From Candidatus Spongiisociaceae bacterium (GTDB lineage Bacteria; Actinomycetota; Acidimicrobiia; Spongiisociales; Spongiisociaceae), in NCBI GenBank assembly GCA_965262915.1, contig OZ253564.1, forward strand, positions 2,432,001 to 2,496,000: a stretch of 64,000 bases of DNA. The letters are read 5' to 3'. The notes below the pieces were generated by a model. That model did not search any database and was not told where the DNA came from. It saw only the letters and a program-made list of their open reading frames with translations. The stretch's first letter is position 1. Every line of letters begins with the position of its first letter. This document shows positions 58,568-64,000 of the stretch, in pieces. The position numbers and the translations under genes are program-made.

Positions 58568-58902
58568 CCCAGAAGCCGCCGCTCGACCGTAGTATCGATG
58601 CCGCGGGCCTGTTTCCACACCATCCGCTGCTCGACATCACGCGCCGGAATGCCGCGTTCGGCCAACCGTCGGGCACCCTCGGCCATCCGAGCCTTTACGT
58701 CGGCCAGTGTGAGAGGAGCAGGAGCCGAGAGCACCAACTCCACCCCCAACGCACATGCTATCCGAGCCAGCGTGGAGTACCTGGCATCCACCTTCCCTGC
58801 TTCGATACGGGACAGGTTCGGTTGAGCGATGCCCGTCATGGCCGACAACTGGGAAAGCGTTATCCCCTTGTCTAACCGGATCTCTCGCAACTGCCGATAC
58901 AT
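58564..58902 (-). CDS. XRE-family HTH regulator/antitoxin
   Basis: LREIRLDKGITLSQLS...QPNLSRIEAG. Confidence 0.87.
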   Translation of the reverse strand: MYRQLREIRLDKGITLSQLSAMTGIAQPNLSRIEAGKVDARYSTLARIACALGVELVLSAPAPLTLADVKARMAEGARRLAERGIPARDVEQRMVWKQARGIDTTVERRLLG

Positions 58903-59230
58903 GCTCACCTCAATATAGTTAATGTGATATGCGAGCGGGAAAATCGCGGGCACGCAGCTAACGCCCGGCCCGTAGCCTATGACCGCGTCCGGCCTGCCTC
59001 CGGAGTGCCCCGATCGGTGATCGATACGGGGCCTACTGGCTGGGACGATGGTCGGTAACGCCACTCTGTATGCTCCGCTGTTGCCATCGTTGGGGGCGAA
59101 GTGAGGGTGCCGGGTTCGAAGTGCGTATTCGCTCGAGTCGCGAAGACCCACCAGGGTCCGGAGATCCTATCCCTCTGCGTGGCTCCGACTACGGCTGTAT
59201 TGTCTGGCCGAGAGTCAAGGAGGGTGACTG

Positions 59231-60928
59231 ATGGCGGAGACGGCTTTTCTTCCTGCCGGTATCGACGTTCGCAACAACGTGAGGGTGCCGATGCGTGACG
59301 GGGTCGAGCTCTCCATCGACATCTACTTCCCGGCCAAGGGCGGAGGACCGTTCCCGGTGATCCTGGCGCGGACACCGTACGACAACATGTCGGAGGGCTT
59401 GGTCGATTCCGCCATCTTCTTCGCCCAGAACGGCTATGCCTTCGCCGCCCAGGACTGCCGCGGGCGCAACGACTCGGACGGCCGCTTCAACCCGTGGGTC
59501 CAGGAGTTCGAGGACGGGCACGACACGGTCGAGTGGCTCGGCTCGCAGGTCTGGTGCGACGGGAACATCGGCATGCACGGCGACTCGTACGTGGGCGGTG
59601 TGCAGTGGATGGCGGCCGTCATGGGCAGCCCGTATCTGAAGGCGATCGTTCCCCGGGTCATCGGTGACGACCTCCACAATTCGCCGCACTACCAGAGTGG
59701 GGCGTTCACGTTGCACCTCAACGCCACTTGGAGCTACCGCATGGGGGGACGCACCTGGCAGCTGATCGACCGGTTCAACTGGAAGCGCATTTTCCCGGTG
59801 CTGCCGCTGCGGGCCATACCGGCGTTCGGCGGCAAGGACGTTCACTTCTTTCAGGACTGGTTGGACCATCCCGACTACGACGACTACTGGAAGCCCCTGG
59901 CGATCAAGGAACAGTACGAGAAGGTGAGGATTCCGGTGCTGCAGATCGGCGGCTGGTACGACATCTTCGCCGGTGGGACGATGAACAACTTCGTCGGGAT
60001 GCAGCAGCGGGGCGGCTCCGAGCTAGCTCGCAACCACCAGCGGGTCGTCATGGGGCCGTGGCACCACCACACCAACACCGAGACCCACGCGGGGGAGATC
60101 GACTTCGGCAAGGCCTCGGTGCTGGATGTCAACGAGATCCAACTGCGGTGGTACGACCACTGGCTGAAGGGCGAGGACAACGGGGTCGATGCGGATCCGC
60201 CATTGCGTATCTACACGATGGGCACCGACGAGTGGCGCGACGAGCACGAGTGGCCGCTAGCTCGGACCGAGTTCACTCCCTGGTACTTCCACAGCGACGG
60301 GTCGGCCAACTCCCTCCTGGGCGACGGAGCCCTGTCCACCGAGTCGTGCACCGACGAGCCGGCCGACGGATACGTCTACAACCCCGGGTACCCGACCCCC
60401 ACCATGGGCGGGACCACCTGCTGCAATCCCGAGATCGTCGACTGGGGCTCCTTCGACCAACGACCGGTCGAGTACCGCAACGATGTCCTCGTGTACACGT
60501 CGCAGCCGCTCGAAGAGGATCTCGAGGTCACCGGGCCGGTGGTTGTCAAGCTGTTCGCCGGCACCGACGGGAAGGATACGGACTTCACCGCGAAGCTCGT
60601 CGATGTCCATCCGGACGGGTTCGCCAGGAACCTCTGCGACGGCATCATCCGCGGCCGGTACCGGGAGGGCGCCGAGCGCCAGGTGTTGCTGGAGCCGGAT
60701 GAGGTCTACGAGTTCACGATCGATCTTTGGGTCACCAGCAACGTGTTCAGGAGGGGACACAGCATCAGGGTGGAGATCGCGAGCAGCAACTTCCCCCGCT
60801 TCGACCGCAACCTCAACACGGGCAACCCGATTGCCGACGACGACCAGATCCGGGTTGCCCGCCAGACCGTCCACCACGACACGACCCGGCCCTCCCACAT
60901 AGTGCTGCCGGTGATACCTCCTGGTTGA
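59231..60928 (+). CDS. CocE/NonD family hydrolase
   Basis: VPMRDGVEL, RTPY, GDSYVG nucleophile elbow, GGWYD, GPWHH, SSNFPRFDRN. Confidence 0.95.
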   Translation: MAETAFLPAGIDVRNNVRVPMRDGVELSIDIYFPAKGGGPFPVILARTPYDNMSEGLVDSAIFFAQNGYAFAAQDCRGRNDSDGRFNPWVQEFEDGHDTVEWLGSQVWCDGNIGMHGDSYVGGVQWMAAVMGSPYLKAIVPRVIGDDLHNSPHYQSGAFTLHLNATWSYRMGGRTWQLIDRFNWKRIFPVLPLRAIPAFGGKDVHFFQDWLDHPDYDDYWKPLAIKEQYEKVRIPVLQIGGWYDIFAGGTMNNFVGMQQRGGSELARNHQRVVMGPWHHHTNTETHAGEIDFGKASVLDVNEIQLRWYDHWLKGEDNGVDADPPLRIYTMGTDEWRDEHEWPLARTEFTPWYFHSDGSANSLLGDGALSTESCTDEPADGYVYNPGYPTPTMGGTTCCNPEIVDWGSFDQRPVEYRNDVLVYTSQPLEEDLEVTGPVVVKLFAGTDGKDTDFTAKLVDVHPDGFARNLCDGIIRGRYREGAERQVLLEPDEVYEFTIDLWVTSNVFRRGHSIRVEIASSNFPRFDRNLNTGNPIADDDQIRVARQTVHHDTTRPSHIVLPVIPPG

Positions 60929-61108
60929 GGCCGAGCTCTTCGCTCAAGAACCGTTATCAGTTGCCGGTAGTCAGTGGTGCGACCGGGCAACAGGACCAGG
61001 TCTTGAGGGTCCTTTGCGCTGGTCGGTGGCCAACCAAGGCCACCGTGCACCCAGACCGTGGCTGAGGGTCTCTACCGTTGGGCCCACTACGCGGCCAGTG
61101 TCTTGTGG

Positions 61109-62383
61109 TCAGTTGCCCTGATCGAGGACCGTTGTCCAGAGCCGGTCGATGGGCATCGCATGGATGCGGTCCTCAGGATGGCTGTTCCATTCTCCGGTGT
61201 GGAACGCTACGCCGGCTTTGAAGCGGTCTCCGAGTTCGTCGCGCAGGGTTCGCAGGCCGCGCCCGCTTCGAGGCTGCCAGCCTCCTGCTGCTTTGATCTC
61301 GAACGCCAATACGGAACCGTCGGACTGTTCCACGACCAGGTCGACTTCAAGGCCTCCTCTGGTTCGCCAGTGCCCGACTGTGGGTGTGTGGTCCATCCAC
61401 GACACTTGCTTGAGAATCTCACCTACGGTGAACGTCTCGAGCAGATGACCGAACTGCTGCAGGGCCGTCCCGTCCCGTCTCGCTAGCCGATCCTCTGAGA
61501 GGCCGAGGAGTCGTGCCGCTAGTCCGGAGTCGACGATGTGAAGCTTGGGGTGTTTGGTCGCTCGGGCGCGCAGAGTGGTTCGCCAGGCCGGTAGACGGCT
61601 GATAAGGAAGGAGGACTCGAGGAGGCCCGTGTAGGTGTGGGCTGTCTTTTGTTTGAGTCCCGCGGCGTCTCCTGCAGACGTAACATTCAGTACTTGGCCG
61701 GTCTGGGAAGCGAGCCGGTGGAACATCCGGCGCAGTCCAGCCGGGTCGCGTACATTGGACAGTTCGTCGCGTATTTGTTCGAGGCATAATTCGACATAGT
61801 TGTCGTACCATCGTTGCCGGCCGGCTGTGCTCATCGGCCGCGTTGGAGGGAAACCGCCTTGAACCACCCGCTGTACGTACTGTTCGCGGGCCGTAGCGGA
61901 TCGGTATCCGTCGTGCAGGGATTCGGGGTCGGTGAAGAGCCTGTCGACCAGGTTCTCGCGGACGGATGCAGCTTCTCCTTGAGAAAACGGGTAGAGGGGC
62001 AGCCGGTAGAGCCTGCCTGTGAGGAACCGTGACAGATCGGGCCGTACGGTGTCGCTTACCGTCGACCCCGTGAGGACGAACTGGCCGGGCGATCCGTCCT
62101 GGTTGAGTTGGTTCTTGATGGCGGCTAGCAGTCCGGGAACGTGCTGGTACTCGTCGATTAGCACGGGACGGGGTCCTGTGACGAGGATTCGGGGGTCCAG
62201 TCGGGCGAAGGTGCGTGTGGCAGGATCGTCGAGGTCGATCATCTCCACCGAAAACGACGCGGCAAGGGAGCGGAGGAGCGTGGTCTTCCCAACGGACCGG
62301 GGTCCTTGAACCAACACCACCGGGATCTCTTCCATCCGGAGACGGACTATCCCCTCGAGTTGTCGAGCAACCGTTGCCGTCAC
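61109..62383 (-). CDS. AAA_14 + DUF4143 ATP-binding protein
   Basis: GPRSVGKT, IDEYQ, LTGS, GGFP, EVDLVVE...FEIK. Confidence 0.92.
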   Translation of the reverse strand: MTATVARQLEGIVRLRMEEIPVVLVQGPRSVGKTTLLRSLAASFSVEMIDLDDPATRTFARLDPRILVTGPRPVLIDEYQHVPGLLAAIKNQLNQDGSPGQFVLTGSTVSDTVRPDLSRFLTGRLYRLPLYPFSQGEAASVRENLVDRLFTDPESLHDGYRSATAREQYVQRVVQGGFPPTRPMSTAGRQRWYDNYVELCLEQIRDELSNVRDPAGLRRMFHRLASQTGQVLNVTSAGDAAGLKQKTAHTYTGLLESSFLISRLPAWRTTLRARATKHPKLHIVDSGLAARLLGLSEDRLARRDGTALQQFGHLLETFTVGEILKQVSWMDHTPTVGHWRTRGGLEVDLVVEQSDGSVLAFEIKAAGGWQPRSGRGLRTLRDELGDRFKAGVAFHTGEWNSHPEDRIHAMPIDRLWTTVLDQGN

Positions 62384-62671
62384 CTCGGGGTCCTTGCCTC
62401 TCGTCAGCTACCGGGTGTCTAAGTTACACGATTGGCCAACTGTTTATTACAGCATTGGCCTATTGGTTGTTACTAGATCGACATGCCTGATCTGCCGAAT
62501 TGGCCTGAACTGCCCACCCGCGGCAAGCCGTGGTCGTAGCTGGGTTGGGGGCGCAGGAATCCGGATGCCCCGCACAATTCGAGGACCGCTGCGGGCATTG
62601 TCGCTAGCCTGAGCTACGGCCTCGATCGGAACCGATCCACTGGCGGCCACATAATCTATTGGGAGGTTCAC

Positions 62672-64000
62672 ATGCGTCCGACTGTTGCCGACCTTCCTTG
62701 GAGTCAGTTGCCGGAACCTCTGACGAGGAGACTGGCCGACTGGGCATACGACCTTTCTTACGCGGATCTAGGCCAAGAAGAGCGCGAGGCGGTGGTGCGC
62801 CTGTGCCGGGACTTCGTGGTGATATCGCTGGCTGCCTCGACCGGTCGGGGCGTGGGCGAGTCGTCGGGCCCCGGCCTGGAGCCCTTGGTGAAGCTGGCCG
62901 CTCTCTATCCCGGTTCGTGCACCATCCTCGGACGGGATGTGACCACCACGCCCCAGCATGCGGCCATAGTGAACGGCGCCTTTGCCCACACCCTCAACCT
63001 GATGGACGTGCATCGGTGGAGCGCTCCAACCCATATCTGTCCCGGGGTCTTTCCGGCGGTCTTTGCCCTGGCGGAGACCAGGGAGGTTGCCTTCCCCGAG
63101 TTCGCGGTGGCGGTGGTGGTGGGCGTGGAGGGGATAGCCAAGCTGGGTATGGCGCTCAACGTCGGCCAGGGGGTGATCGACACCACCGACGCCAACGCTC
63201 CCGGAGCGGCGCTGGCGGGCGCCAAGTTGCTCGGCCTGGACCGGGACGGGCATGCCGATGCGTTGGGGATCGGTGCCTACCTGGCGGTGGGCGGCACCAT
63301 CTCGCTCGAGTTGACCTCTCCCGGGTACTGGACCAGGCCGCTGCTCAGCGGTTGGCAACCCGGTACCGGCGTGATCTCCGCCATGCTGGCCCGGGAGGGG
63401 CTGCGGGGGTCCCCTCGGGTGCTGGAGGCCGCCACGGGCTTCCTGAACGCGCGGAGCCTGGTTCCCGACCCCGCTCCCCTGTCGGCGCTCGGCGACCCGT
63501 TCGAGGTCACGCGGGTGGGTCTGAAGCCTTACCCGACCACCAGGTACATCCACTCGGAGATCGAGGCCCTGCTGCGCATCGTCGTGGAGGAGGATCTGGC
63601 CCCTGACGACGTGGAGAGGGTCGTGATCGAGAAACCGCGGTCCATGCACCTGGTCACTGGAACGGATGACCGCCTCGATCCGTCCGCCCCAGAGGTGGCC
63701 CGCCTCAGCTCGTTCTTCTTCGCCGCCAAGGTCATCAAGGATCGCCGGGCCTGGCTGGATGCCCTCGAACCCGCCTCGCTTCATGACGCCGAGACGAAGC
63801 AACTCATGGACCGGGTCGAGTGTCGACCGGCTGCGGATCTGGATGCCTTCTTCCCGGAGGGATTGCCGGCGAGGGTGACGGTGGAGAAACGGGACGGGAC
63901 TTCGGTTACCAGGACGATCCACCACCCGCGGGGTGAGCCGGAGCGGCCGCTGTCCGAGGCCGAGCTCATGGCCAAGTACAACGCCTTGTACGACTACTGC
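62672..64000 (+). CDS. Second MmgE/PrpD family protein (runs off window)
   Basis: Manually translated from ATG 62672 after GGGAGG: NGAFAHTLNLMDVH, LKPYPTTRYIH, HPRGEPERPLS. Confidence 0.85.
   Translation, partial: MRPTVADLPWSQLPEPLTRRLADWAYDLSYADLGQEEREAVVRLCRDFVVISLAASTGRGVGESSGPGLEPLVKLAALYPGSCTILGRDVTTTPQHAAIVNGAFAHTLNLMDVHRWSAPTHICPGVFPAVFALAETREVAFPEFAVAVVVGVEGIAKLGMALNVGQGVIDTTDANAPGAALAGAKLLGLDRDGHADALGIGAYLAVGGTISLELTSPGYWTRPLLSGWQPGTGVISAMLAREGLRGSPRVLEAATGFLNARSLVPDPAPLSALGDPFEVTRVGLKPYPTTRYIHSEIEALLRIVVEEDLAPDDVERVVIEKPRSMHLVTGTDDRLDPSAPEVARLSSFFFAAKVIKDRRAWLDALEPASLHDAETKQLMDRVECRPAADLDAFFPEGLPARVTVEKRDGTSVTRTIHHPRGEPERPLSEAELMAKYNALYDYC

Overview
High-GC actinobacterial DNA; gene order and content suggest Acidimicrobiia (inference). 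About 1-20 kb is an intact, mostly minus-strand core block: a VWA protein, M20 peptidase, NUDIX, GNAT, DUF4193, DAG-kinase-like gene, helY, tatC/tatB and the complete Pup-proteasome locus (trmI-arc-dop-pup-prcB-prcA-pafA-pafB-pafC). About 20-32 kb holds a broken YeiH-type exporter and a tandem array of seven EamA/DMT transporter copies, each with its own promoter motif, split by a lower-GC ABC-ATPase + TOPRIM-like pair and a Zn-finger-HNH gene. About 32-48 kb is a mobile/toxin-antitoxin graveyard (DUF222-HNH, intact IS630, many TA modules with decayed toxins, three MerR copies). About 48-64 kb is a catabolic island (two MmgE/PrpD, hydantoinase A/B, phosphotriesterase-like, OYE, CocE/NonD). The most notable unexplained signal is a dispersed family of ~170-nt structured non-coding elements (39991-40197 +, 44212-44414 +, 57731-57936 -, and a diverged relative at 9170-9340 next to pafC). 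Each sits behind a TGTCAC-N10-(-10 box) promoter resembling the PafBC DNA-damage promoter, and the three close copies end in a hairpin plus T-run. A second non-coding family is a ~163-bp TA-flanked palindromic MITE that has inserted at gene junctions (arc-dop twice, prpD-hyuB). All product calls come from motif recognition by eye, with no database search.
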